Shown: in pieces, positions 9,538 through 18,744 of the stretch
How positions within the stretch are numbered: position 1 is the stretch's first letter
Layout of the letters: the number at the start of each line of letters is the position of its first letter
From: a virus
Virus record (IMG/VR): IMGVR_UViG_3300037358_000003
Location: 1-64,000 of that record
Length of the DNA: 64,000 nt
Strand: one strand, 5' to 3'
Translations under genes and position numbers: made by a program
Notes under the pieces: model-generated
What the model saw: only the letters and a program-made list of their open reading frames with translations
What the model was told of the DNA's origin: nothing
The model's database searches: none

Positions 9538-10311
9538 TTAGCCAATGATGGACATCGCCCATTGATGTAAGGGCGCTTCCGTTCCAAACATTGTATCAAA
9601 CGTTTCTGGCTTGTTGTCACGCCAATAAACTAGCGATTCTCTCACCGATGACGCCCAGTCGCTCCGTGGCCGAATTGACGACTTCTCAATGCTGCCCGGA
9701 ATCTCTTGGATAAGCCTGGCGCTATTAGCGATGTCGGGGAACCGATGCGGCAGAACTCCTAACCGGATCTCGTGCTCCACGTGCTCCATTGAATTGTGGA
9801 ACTGTTCATCCAACAACCCGTACTCGTTCAAATCGTCAGCAGTAAACATCGTCCATGCGCCAACCGAATGCCCGTAATACTCAACCTCGCCTACAGTTTC
9901 AACTGGACCGCCAATGTTGGCGGGTCCGTGGTGAGCGAAAGCGAAGTGTGACACGCCGGTATCTTGCATGACCCGCAGATACTCCGTCACAGCATCACTT
10001 GACTGAATGATCAGGTCGTCCTCCATGACGAAGATGACATCGCACTTACGCTCATTGAGCAAGTAGCGGATGCCAGTGTTCTTAGCCTTGGCAACGCCGC
10101 CGTTCACTTCAAGCGGCACATAGTTGCCACCGAATGATTGCACTGCCTTCTCGACACGTCGATACGCGCCATTGTGTTTGGCGTCCGATCCATCATTCAC
10201 CACAACGATATGATCGACAACTTCGGTCAAGTGTTTACGCACGCTCTTAACGGCACGCTCACAATATTCTGGCCGATTCATCGTTACGATGCAAAGTCCG
10301 ATGGTGCTCAA
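9538..10311 (-). CDS. Glycosyltransferase family 2 (GT-A)
   Basis: IVVVNDGS, NGGVAKAKNTG and FVMEDD motifs. Confidence 0.9.
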   Translation of the reverse strand: MSTIGLCIVTMNRPEYCERAVKSVRKHLTEVVDHIVVVNDGSDAKHNGAYRRVEKAVQSFGGNYVPLEVNGGVAKAKNTGIRYLLNERKCDVIFVMEDDLIIQSSDAVTEYLRVMQDTGVSHFAFAHHGPANIGGPVETVGEVEYYGHSVGAWTMFTADDLNEYGLLDEQFHNSMEHVEHEIRLGVLPHRFPDIANSARLIQEIPGSIEKSSIRPRSDWASSVRESLVYWRDNKPETFDTMFGTEAPLHQWAMSIIG

Positions 10312-11138
10312 ATCGTCAATCCACTCACAACGCCAGATGCTTGCGAAATATCGCTGGCAGCATACCCGGCCGTAGTTTGAGGACTTGAATGTCCCATGAG
10401 TTCTTGGGTGAGCCGCAGGTCTTTCGATGACCGATAGACCATCGTTCCATAGAAATGTCGAAGTGTGTGCATGGTCGATTTGATACCAAGCGAATGTAGG
10501 TAACGGTTGCCCTTGCGACTAACGCTTGCGGGCGTCTCATCCCACAACGGACCCGATGACTTCATAGGCAACGCTCGCAGGGCGTTCAGAACGTCTTGGT
10601 GCAAAACACCCCAACGCTCTTTATCTCCTTTGCCAAATCGCACCTGAAGTCGCATGGACTCAGGATAGATATCTTCCGCCGCAATGCCAGCGACCTCTTG
10701 ACATCTTAGACCCGCCAAACTCGCAAGCAATAGCCAACACGTCATCTGTGGCGTTGCATTCGCAAGTGCAAGTTTCAGATCGTCATTCGGGATTGGGCGT
10801 GGTTGTCGTGGATGCATACGCGGCTTGCTGATTCCGGCAATCGGATTGAAGAACGTTCCATCCTCATTCTTCGGAAATACCGGCTCGCCATTGTCGCCCT
10901 TGTAGCAAAACGTATACAGCGAGTTCAGCGTACTCAGCCACATGTTCCTCGTCTTGGCGGAAATGTCACGACCTCCGAGCCAGGCGATTACGTTCTGTTC
11001 TGTCGCTGTGGCGAACCCAACCTCACGGCTAAATTTGCGAAGATACCTACGGCGAGTGGATATTGTCGTAGGGAGAAGTGCACGAAACTTCATGTCGGCC
11101 TCGTAGGCGTCCATGATTTCTTCGTCAGTCATTGTCAT
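10308..11138 (-). CDS. Tyrosine recombinase (XerC/D-like, no arm-binding domain)
   Basis: Full catalytic set: AGLRCQE (R), GKGDKER (K), HTLRH, LMGH, TTAGY (Y); 276 aa. Confidence 0.95.
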   Translation of the reverse strand: MTMTDEEIMDAYEADMKFRALLPTTISTRRRYLRKFSREVGFATATEQNVIAWLGGRDISAKTRNMWLSTLNSLYTFCYKGDNGEPVFPKNEDGTFFNPIAGISKPRMHPRQPRPIPNDDLKLALANATPQMTCWLLLASLAGLRCQEVAGIAAEDIYPESMRLQVRFGKGDKERWGVLHQDVLNALRALPMKSSGPLWDETPASVSRKGNRYLHSLGIKSTMHTLRHFYGTMVYRSSKDLRLTQELMGHSSPQTTAGYAASDISQASGVVSGLTI

Positions 11139-12292
11139 ACGGTGTCAACCTGAAAGAACTGACGATACACAGTGTCCCAATCTTTCCAGCGATCTTTTAT
11201 GTCGTGCCCTTCCGCAACTGCACGATTCTGCTTGCCCTCAATGCGCCGCACTTCAGGATCGAGCAAGTCATACAGGTGATTGATCCATGACGACGGCTTG
11301 TCATTGCGTGCCACTCGTCCAGCGGAACCTTCGTCAATGAGGATCTGTTGCTCAGGGAATCCGGCACTCACGATGTAAGGAACGCCACACGCACACGCCT
11401 CAAGCGACTTCAGGAATGACTTAGCCTCATTGAAACGGCATCGCTCAAGCGGCACCAACGCAATCGCAACGGGTTCCCACAACTTGGGATACTCTGCGAT
11501 GTGTGTCAAAGGCGCCGAATCGTAGCGAACTTTCGTAGTGTCAATGCCAATCTGATCAGCGGCGGTTGGCACTCCCGGCACATTGCTATGACCACCATGC
11601 CAAAAGGGTACCTGATTAGCCTCAAGCCACTGCGGCAATCCAATAGCACGGAGCACAGGCAGGTCGGCGGCTCGCCACTGAATTCCGCCCACCCAGCTTA
11701 CGTAGCCTTGGCCGGGATCTAACTGCGGCCAGTGATCGAGTTGAATGGCGTTGCGCACAGTGAATGCAGGAACGCCGAGTCGCTCCATTTCACGTCGCAA
11801 CGGATCTGTCGATGTCGTTACGAAGTCACACTCCGCAAGCATTTTCCAGTAGTGGTCACGGTTAAAGGATTTGTTATTTTTAGCGTCGGTGGTTTGCGAT
11901 GCGATGTTCGACTTCGGAAGCGCGTTAAATGCGTCATCGAGATCAGCGATACATAATTGCCCAGCAGCACGCGCTCGTTTGATCTGATCCGCACCGTCTT
12001 CATGCATCCATCGCTGCGACCAGAACACGTCGGGATCGTGCCAGTTGCCTTCAAGATCAAGGGTTTGGATATGACCATCGGGTGCGACCTGGAATCGCCA
12101 CGCAAGATGATTGTCGTAGCCATGCTTGTTGAGTTCCATCGCTGGCATTGCGCCACGTTGCAGAAAAGTCCCACCGAATGACATCTGCTTGACGCCAGGC
12201 TTGAACACTTGCTTACCTTGGATCATTGACTGTTCTTCGTCAATGACGGGCTGGCTACTAAAATCGGTACTGAAGTACCCGATTGATGTCAC
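11135..12292 (-). CDS. Glycosyltransferase (GT-B-like)
   Basis: DLDDAF, VTTST..L, NAI and FNEAKSFLKSLEACACGVPYIVS motifs. Confidence 0.85.
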   Translation of the reverse strand: MTSIGYFSTDFSSQPVIDEEQSMIQGKQVFKPGVKQMSFGGTFLQRGAMPAMELNKHGYDNHLAWRFQVAPDGHIQTLDLEGNWHDPDVFWSQRWMHEDGADQIKRARAAGQLCIADLDDAFNALPKSNIASQTTDAKNNKSFNRDHYWKMLAECDFVTTSTDPLRREMERLGVPAFTVRNAIQLDHWPQLDPGQGYVSWVGGIQWRAADLPVLRAIGLPQWLEANQVPFWHGGHSNVPGVPTAADQIGIDTTKVRYDSAPLTHIAEYPKLWEPVAIALVPLERCRFNEAKSFLKSLEACACGVPYIVSAGFPEQQILIDEGSAGRVARNDKPSSWINHLYDLLDPEVRRIEGKQNRAVAEGHDIKDRWKDWDTVYRQFFQVDTV

Positions 12293-12319
12293 ATGCTCTC
12301 CCGTTTTTTTCGGAGCGTG

Positions 12320-12565
12320 TTACTGCTTAGATGCGTCGTATAACTTTCCCTGCTCCGGCAACGGCTCATCTGCGAACACTTCAGGATACTGTTGTCGTAA
12401 CTCATACACCTTGATCAACTCACGGTCGTTCTCAAGTTGTTTGCGAGGTTTGGGAAACTTGCGCCACCACGGTTCCAACTCCCACGACGTGACGAGCACA
12501 ATGGTTGGACATGCAAACACAACGATGATGGCGACATAAAGCAGGATTTCTACGAGTTCCTTCAC
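12320..12565 (-). CDS. Small membrane protein
   Basis: N-terminal hydrophobic helix. Confidence 0.5.
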   Translation of the reverse strand: MKELVEILLYVAIIVVFACPTIVLVTSWELEPWWRKFPKPRKQLENDRELIKVYELRQQYPEVFADEPLPEQGKLYDASKQ

Positions 12566-12686
12566 GATCCATTCGCTTTCGTATGCGCTGCTGCGATATC
12601 ACTCGACGTAATGTCACCAGTTGACGCCATACCGCGTGACAGGTAACCGGATCTGCCGTCACCGACGACTACGACAACGATGTCCA

Positions 12687-12950
12687 CTACAGTTCGACGC
12701 GAGTTAAGTCATTTCGTTGGCAACGAGGACACGAGTTGATGGCACTCTGCCAACCACATTCGCACTCCCAGTACTTGCCGAGTTTCGGCATACCACCCGT
12801 TGCCAGGTAGCCGCCCTTTTTGAGAAACGCAGCATCCTTGGGGTCGTCAACGTGAATGAATCCTTGACGATCGGCCTTGTAGGTTCGACCCGAATATTCA
12901 GATGTCACCCCTTGACACCCAGGAGCATCAAACATCAGTTTCTCACTCAT
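12687..12950 (-). CDS. Hypothetical protein with C-terminal zinc ribbon
   Basis: CECG...CPRC. Confidence 0.6.
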   Translation of the reverse strand: MSEKLMFDAPGCQGVTSEYSGRTYKADRQGFIHVDDPKDAAFLKKGGYLATGGMPKLGKYWECECGWQSAINSCPRCQRNDLTRVEL

Positions 12951-13714
12951 GCAGCCACCTCCCAGTTTGCCGCAACGTACGCTTGAAATACTTCAAGATG
13001 TACTGGACCGTTCCTACCAACACCGAATCCGTTGGCAACTCCCCACGCCCTCACCTCAGCAGTAGTAACGCCAGATTCCTGAATGGCTTTCTTCTCTGCC
13101 TTATCCCTGCGACGTTGTTCCTTGTCCCACTCGCTTTTACAGATTCGACAAAATCGAGCGACAAGCCCCGATCCTTTGTACTTGCCAGACTTCGGACGAT
13201 GCCCGACGTTTTTGGGGTCAGTAAGATCGTGACCATTCCCGCAGAACTCCCTCGCAGCAACAGTTTCGGCGTGGCGCTCCCATTGTTCTTCTGTCCAGGG
13301 AGCTATCACCTGATTCTGTCGTGTAATCTTTAGAATGGCGCGTGTTTCTGGTGTGTGATTCCATCCTTTCGGACGACCACGACCTCCGCGATTTCCATCT
13401 TCTTTGCGACGAATCGGGGGGTTCTCGCCGCCATCGGTTCCGTTGACCAGATCATCTCCGCATTCACGCAGCAAATGAATCCACTCACGCTCCAGCGAAA
13501 ACCGATCCTCATCATATGGACAATCTTCAAGTAGACGGATCATTGGATTGACGCCCTGCTTCCGAAGACTCCGAATCCAGTTGGCTCTGTGATTCTTTTC
13601 TTTTTTGGCGTCATTGACATGACCATACAGTCGCTTATGGAGCGGTTGGATCGTCACACCAACGTATCGAATGCGACCATCTCTCGGATCGTACAATCCG
13701 TAAATGCTTGCCAT
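12947..13714 (-). CDS. GIY-YIG endonuclease fused to a Zn-finger and an Lsr2-like DNA-binding domain
   Basis: IYGLYDP..RYVGVT; HTPETRA; CGNGH..CRIC; TAEVRAWGVANGFGVGRNGPVHLEVFQAY; AGGAGG RBS. Confidence 0.85.
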   Translation of the reverse strand: MASIYGLYDPRDGRIRYVGVTIQPLHKRLYGHVNDAKKEKNHRANWIRSLRKQGVNPMIRLLEDCPYDEDRFSLEREWIHLLRECGDDLVNGTDGGENPPIRRKEDGNRGGRGRPKGWNHTPETRAILKITRQNQVIAPWTEEQWERHAETVAAREFCGNGHDLTDPKNVGHRPKSGKYKGSGLVARFCRICKSEWDKEQRRRDKAEKKAIQESGVTTAEVRAWGVANGFGVGRNGPVHLEVFQAYVAANWEVAA

Positions 13715-13893
13715 ATTGCCCTCCTGAGAAAAGGGGTAGTTGGAATAACTGACAGAACACAACCAGTGTTCTCAGCAAAGGTCGCGCTCTGTCAGACTTT
13801 GTTAGTCGCCACAGCAATGGTGGCGAAATCCGCAATGGGGACATCTCCACTTCGTTGCCACGGGATCGAACTTTTTATCGCAGTTGATACAGA

Positions 13894-16647
13894 TCATCGT
13901 CGCCACCCTTGGCGAGAAAATGGGTCGAACTGCTGGTTCGGACCGTAAGTTTTTATCGCGTCCAAAACGGCCTGATTCGGGTCTACGCCAGAGTGCTGAT
14001 TTGCGGCATTAGGCGCAGATACCCCAGAAGTTAAACTGAACGCCTCTGGCGCAGTTTCAGCCGTGTCTGATGGCACATCTAGCTCGGCCTGGCAGGTCGC
14101 ACAATGTGTAGCCGTAAGTGGATTCGGAGTGGGGCACCCTTTCGGACACATAATGCTTTGACTCTCCAACCAAGCCCTCGCTTGCCAGCCGCCACCGCCA
14201 TTGTAAAACGCAAGACACGCGGCATCAGCCAAGTCCGGCGATGTCACGCCACGCTTCTTCGCTTGCTCTTTCGATTCCACCTTGATCCGTCCACGCATGT
14301 CGTAGTCGTAGAACAACGCAGACATCTGCGAACGCAAGATGGCAACTTCACGATCTATGCAGTCGGGATTGATCGTCAATGATTGATCGCGGAAACGGTC
14401 ACGCAATGACCACCACAACTCATCTCGCAACATCACGAAATCTTCAGGGTGATTGGTCTTGCTGCCAGCGTTCACATCGACAACGCTCAGACCAGCCGTA
14501 CGCATGAAGTCGAGCACCGGACCGCCAAGTCCGCCAGAGTCACCCCAGATACGAGTGACGCCATATTCACGCGCACGATTCGCAGCCCAGCCGCCAACCT
14601 CTGGACCGCTCGCACCGTGCATACGCTCTAGGTGAATGATCTGCGGTCCACGACGAATGCACATGGCCGAATCGTCATTACCGAAACGGGCAATGTCCAG
14701 TCCCATTTGCGGACGATCCGTCTTGTCAAACTCAATCGGCTCACGCTTAATGCGATCAAACCACGCAAGCGGAACGATGATGCGAGTGCCAACGTCAGGA
14801 AACTGACCGAGCACTTTGGAGATCCAACGAGGATCGTCTTCGCCCCACTCGTCGCGACGTTCCTCAACCCATTGCTTTGTAACGAGCTTCGGGTATGGAA
14901 CCTCGCCGTCAGGTGCTTGCAGATTCGGCGTATCAAACGCCGAGATCGGTATGCACTTCCAGCGAGGATTTGACGCCGCTTCGTAGAACGGTCCAGACGA
15001 TTCAATCGGGTTACCAATGAGCAGGCAGGCGGAATCGCCACCGGCCAACAGACCGTTGATCGCTTCGTAGATCGGCGCTTCAACGCCAGCCGCTTCGTCA
15101 ACGACGACGAGCACGCGGCCTTCGTGATAACCCTGCAAGTTTGTCGGGTCAACGACAGAAAGACCACGCGCCCAATTGGACGGTGATATCACCCATTCGG
15201 GAGCACGCGGCAATAGGCGACCAGGAAGCGACGGTTGCCAACCCTTACGAATCTCGCCCCACAGAATCGTTTCGACCTGATTCCAAGTCGTTGCGGTCGT
15301 GATGGCGATGGCGTCAGGTGCGGTCGCTACCCACGCCATGACGACACGAGCGGCGGTCCATGAGTTATGTGTCGGTATGAGCGATTCGCCAGCCAGGAAT
15401 AGGTGACGTGGTGAGTCAACGCTGATGCACTGTGTCGGAACTGATGGAATCTCAGTAATAGATGTAATCGTATGGAGCGACGATCTGCCGGTTCGTGAAT
15501 TCTGTGCTGATGCCTTGCGTTCCATTTTGAACACTGGCATATCCGGCGTAAACGTCATGCGCCAACGAGTGCCGACCACGCGGCCGTCCATGGTAGCGGG
15601 ACGTTCACGAATACTGATCTTCCAACCAAGTGACCGAACCAATTCAGCTACATCGTAGGACAGTTGCTTGTCACAGAGATCAATACTGGCGGCACTCTTG
15701 CTTACGGTACCGTCTGTGTCCATCAATCCTTGCAACAACGCAAGCCGCTGAGCGACAGATGCACGCATATATGCAACGGGAATGTGCTTTATCCCGCCAA
15801 GCATGCCCAGCGATCGGAGATGTGTTTTAACCCCGCGAACGCTTAGTCGCGCAATGTGTTCACGTCCACGAATGCCCGACACCGTTGTGCCGATACCTTC
15901 ACGTTCGATATATGTGGCGACCTCGACAGCATCCACAATTCCCATGGTAATTTCAGCACGAGACGTAGTTCCATCACCGAGCCACACGCCTAACGTGTAC
16001 GGTGGGATGGGCAGATCGGCGGTAGTTCCGAGAACTGGACGGGCTAATGGAATACACCACTTCGCCTGTCGTGTCGTCGTGAACTCTCGCCACAAACCAT
16101 CGTCAGCAATATCATGTGTGCTAACCGTGCGCGCAGAATCCCAGTGCTCACGCCAATCGGAAATACCGCCAGAACTCCCCTGTGTCAGCGAATGACGAGT
16201 ATTCCACGCAAGGGCGGTCCACTCGTGCTCACCTGAAACGACTAGCGATGATCCGTCATCAAACTCGACGCGGAACGACGGCAAATCCCAGACTGGTGAT
16301 TTCGCGGCCACTCTACACGGTTGACCCAACTCGTCATAAATCCAGTCGCCAACGGACAGTGCGCCCATTGTTGACCAGCCATCTGACGTGGCTATGGGGG
16401 TGTCTAGTGCGAGCGCCTTGCCGCTAGCGAAACATGACGGCACAACGACACGACCACGATCCCACAGTTCAGACATGATCTCACGTTGAACTTGCCACGG
16501 TTCCTCGTGCAGAATCTCGTCAACGAAATCAATGGGTCGATCCCTGTACGAATACAGGCGTCGATTTTCAGCCGTCGCTAGTTGTTGCTTCAGATCCTTC
16601 AGCCGGGCCAATTTCTCCGGCGGCGCTTCGATCCTGACGTTCGGCAA
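13894..16647 (-). CDS. terL: Terminase large subunit containing an intein
   Basis: Walker A SCFASGK|S split by the intein, Walker B VVVDEAAG, LIGNP, nuclease GLDIARFGND and SPDLADA. Confidence 0.95.
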   Translation of the reverse strand: MPNVRIEAPPEKLARLKDLKQQLATAENRRLYSYRDRPIDFVDEILHEEPWQVQREIMSELWDRGRVVVPSCFASGKALALDTPIATSDGWSTMGALSVGDWIYDELGQPCRVAAKSPVWDLPSFRVEFDDGSSLVVSGEHEWTALAWNTRHSLTQGSSGGISDWREHWDSARTVSTHDIADDGLWREFTTTRQAKWCIPLARPVLGTTADLPIPPYTLGVWLGDGTTSRAEITMGIVDAVEVATYIEREGIGTTVSGIRGREHIARLSVRGVKTHLRSLGMLGGIKHIPVAYMRASVAQRLALLQGLMDTDGTVSKSAASIDLCDKQLSYDVAELVRSLGWKISIRERPATMDGRVVGTRWRMTFTPDMPVFKMERKASAQNSRTGRSSLHTITSITEIPSVPTQCISVDSPRHLFLAGESLIPTHNSWTAARVVMAWVATAPDAIAITTATTWNQVETILWGEIRKGWQPSLPGRLLPRAPEWVISPSNWARGLSVVDPTNLQGYHEGRVLVVVDEAAGVEAPIYEAINGLLAGGDSACLLIGNPIESSGPFYEAASNPRWKCIPISAFDTPNLQAPDGEVPYPKLVTKQWVEERRDEWGEDDPRWISKVLGQFPDVGTRIIVPLAWFDRIKREPIEFDKTDRPQMGLDIARFGNDDSAMCIRRGPQIIHLERMHGASGPEVGGWAANRAREYGVTRIWGDSGGLGGPVLDFMRTAGLSVVDVNAGSKTNHPEDFVMLRDELWWSLRDRFRDQSLTINPDCIDREVAILRSQMSALFYDYDMRGRIKVESKEQAKKRGVTSPDLADAACLAFYNGGGGWQARAWLESQSIMCPKGCPTPNPLTATHCATCQAELDVPSDTAETAPEAFSLTSGVSAPNAANQHSGVDPNQAVLDAIKTYGPNQQFDPFSRQGWRR
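15364..16416 (-). mobile_element. Class 3 intein (351 aa) with LAGLIDADG endonuclease, inserted in the TerL P-loop
   Basis: Begins ALALDTPI (Ala1) and ends IPTHN|S. WCT signature: GEHEW, TQCISV, PTHN. LAGLIDADG motifs LGVWLGDG and LQGLMDTDG. Confidence 0.92.
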
Positions 16648-17143
16648 GTTGCATCTCCAAACGACTGATTTCCTCGTCTACCAGATCCTCGGTAATGACC
16701 TGAACCGTTGAGCGTGTCGGTGCGTCCAGACCCATAAGTCGTGAACGCCGTTCTTGAACACGCAACAACGAACCGGCAGCAGTGACGCCAGGTCCATCGT
16801 CCAGTAGTCGCTCGCCATTCTCATCGTCACGAATAATCTTGCCGTGATCGACCTTGACGTGTGCTCGCTCCATTACGCCAAGCAAGTGCGCTTCGATGCG
16901 ATTGAGTTTTTCCAACTCAAGTCGGCGCGCTTCTTTTGCGTCCTCCGTTGGAATCATCGCAAACGCACGTTGCGTGGCTTCGTATGCGGTCGAAACAGAT
17001 ATTCCGAGCTTTGCTGCGATTGCCGGGAACGTCATGGAACGTGATCGCATTTCTGCGATTTCCATGTCTCTCATTGCAGTTTCGATTGATCGCATTGCAC
17101 GTCCTCGTCCGTCACGCGCTTTGATGTTATTTCCGATGGTCAT
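16568..17143 (-). CDS. terS: Terminase small subunit
   Basis: HTH FPAIAAKLGISVSTAY and RRSRLMGLDAP motif; directly upstream of terL. Confidence 0.8.
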   Translation of the reverse strand: MTIGNNIKARDGRGRAMRSIETAMRDMEIAEMRSRSMTFPAIAAKLGISVSTAYEATQRAFAMIPTEDAKEARRLELEKLNRIEAHLLGVMERAHVKVDHGKIIRDDENGERLLDDGPGVTAAGSLLRVQERRSRLMGLDAPTRSTVQVITEDLVDEEISRLEMQLAERQDRSAAGEIGPAEGSEATTSDG

Positions 17144-17213
17144 AGCGTTTCGCTTATTTGGTCCCCATCCGAGTGAATCGCACACCCGCTAGTCGCTTGC
17201 GATGGGGTGATGT

Positions 17214-17399
17214 TCAAACGTCTCTCAGCGAATCAATCTCAGCCTTGATGCTCTCCCAATCGTTCGCCACGACCTCGCATATGAATGCGACGATGACGAT
17301 CGCTAGTCCGAGCCACCAAAGTGCGATGAGGTTGAGAGCGATGCCGATGGTTGCGAGTGCAGCAGCCGCCAACGCAATGCGGAACGGCCACTGTCGCAT
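17214..17399 (-). CDS. Small two-helix membrane protein
   Basis: Hydrophobic segments; translationally coupled. Confidence 0.5.
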   Translation of the reverse strand: MRQWPFRIALAAAALATIGIALNLIALWWLGLAIVIVAFICEVVANDWESIKAEIDSLRDV

Positions 17400-17590
17400 C
17401 AGACGAGCTTCAACTCGGGGATGCCGTACGAACCCTCACCGCTGCCATCTTCTAGGACGACTGTCGCATACGTCTTCGGGCGTCCACGCTGACCAGGCAG
17501 GCGCAACGGAACGAGTTCCTTCACGACTCCAAAGTTGCCAGTGGACTTGATGGTCACACGATTGCCGGGTGATACCTTAATGCTTGCCAT
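17399..17590 (-). CDS. Small SH3/KOW-like protein with AT-hook-like RGRPK
   Basis: PGNRVTIKSTGNFGVV; GQRGRPK; GGAGA RBS. Confidence 0.55.
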   Translation of the reverse strand: MASIKVSPGNRVTIKSTGNFGVVKELVPLRLPGQRGRPKTYATVVLEDGSGEGSYGIPELKLV

Positions 17591-17626
17591 GCTTGTGCTC
17601 TCCTTTTTTCGGAGCGGTTATTGTCT

Positions 17627-17869
17627 TTAGTTCATGCCCATACCAGCGAAGTAGCGAAGGCCGGTAATACCGATCCCCGTTGCCTTCCACGCTGACATGT
17701 TTTTACTGTACGCCGGATGCAACACATGCACATCCTCTTCGCCCATCACGTTGTCGGCAAGGATTACCCAATCCACGGTGATCAAATCGCCATAGAGCAC
17801 CCGCATCAATTTTTGAATTGACTCGTCAACCTCACGTTGTGCCCTGGCAATCAAAACATCATTTGCCAT
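17627..17869 (-). CDS. Hypothetical protein
   Basis: AGGAGA RBS before MANDVLIA. Confidence 0.5.
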   Translation of the reverse strand: MANDVLIARAQREVDESIQKLMRVLYGDLITVDWVILADNVMGEEDVHVLHPAYSKNMSAWKATGIGITGLRYFAGMGMN

Positions 17870-18041
17870 CGTAATCTCCTGGGACGGATCTGGACTTCCA
17901 CCGGTCATATCTGTTTGGGTTTCCGTAACTGCGGCATCCGGAACAGTTGAGCCAGGTGCACTGGTCGTTTGATTCACAGTGGGGTTGGAGTAATCCTCCG
18001 CACGACGGGCAAGCCATCGCCACAGATCCACTAGCCACAAT

Positions 18042-18437
18042 TCAACATTCCTCGGCTTCGCCACGTCCAGCATGATCAGAAAAGTCACAACGATCAAACG
18101 CGTATTTATCAGCAATACCACGCACCGCCGACCAAAGTTCCATCGCCTGTTCAAAGTCTGACTCGTCAGGACCGTCATACATTGGACCGCCGCAGTCAGG
18201 GCAGGTACCATCGTCGTGAACCGCTGAGATCCGAGCGGCTTCTAGCGCCGCCTCTTCGTCTGGGTCGTCGTTGAAGAAATCCAGCGCCAGGTCAATGCCA
18301 GCTTCCAAGCACGGCAGATCGTCATCAGTGCAAATCTCTTTTGCGTACTCACAGAACGCTGCGATATTCTGAGCATCGTCCCAACTCAGATTCTTCGTTG
18401 CGACCAAAGCACCAAGCAACGCAAACTCCTGAGCCAT
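18042..18437 (-). CDS. Acidic hypothetical protein
   Basis: CPDC motif; abuts neighbouring ORFs. Confidence 0.55.
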   Translation of the reverse strand: MAQEFALLGALVATKNLSWDDAQNIAAFCEYAKEICTDDDLPCLEAGIDLALDFFNDDPDEEAALEAARISAVHDDGTCPDCGGPMYDGPDESDFEQAMELWSAVRGIADKYAFDRCDFSDHAGRGEAEEC

Positions 18438-18744
18438 TTAAACCTCTTCTAGTTCGATCCCAATGGAGGTAATGTAGAATCCGTCTTTAATATCGTCGGG
18501 GTCGATGTCGTGAATCGTCGGACCCCACCACTCTTCCATCGTGGTATTGGTCTTGCCAAACACCATTCCGCTTAAAGTGACGGCACGTGCGTGTTCGTAT
18601 TCACAGCACAAACAAAGACCGATTGCAGACGTATCTTCAGCGAAATCTTCAAAGCAATGTAGACACCATCTGCGCACTGTCACGTTAGAAAGTCCTTCCG
18701 AAAAGTGCGTAAGTGTCGCTATATTTAGTATACATATCGTTCAC

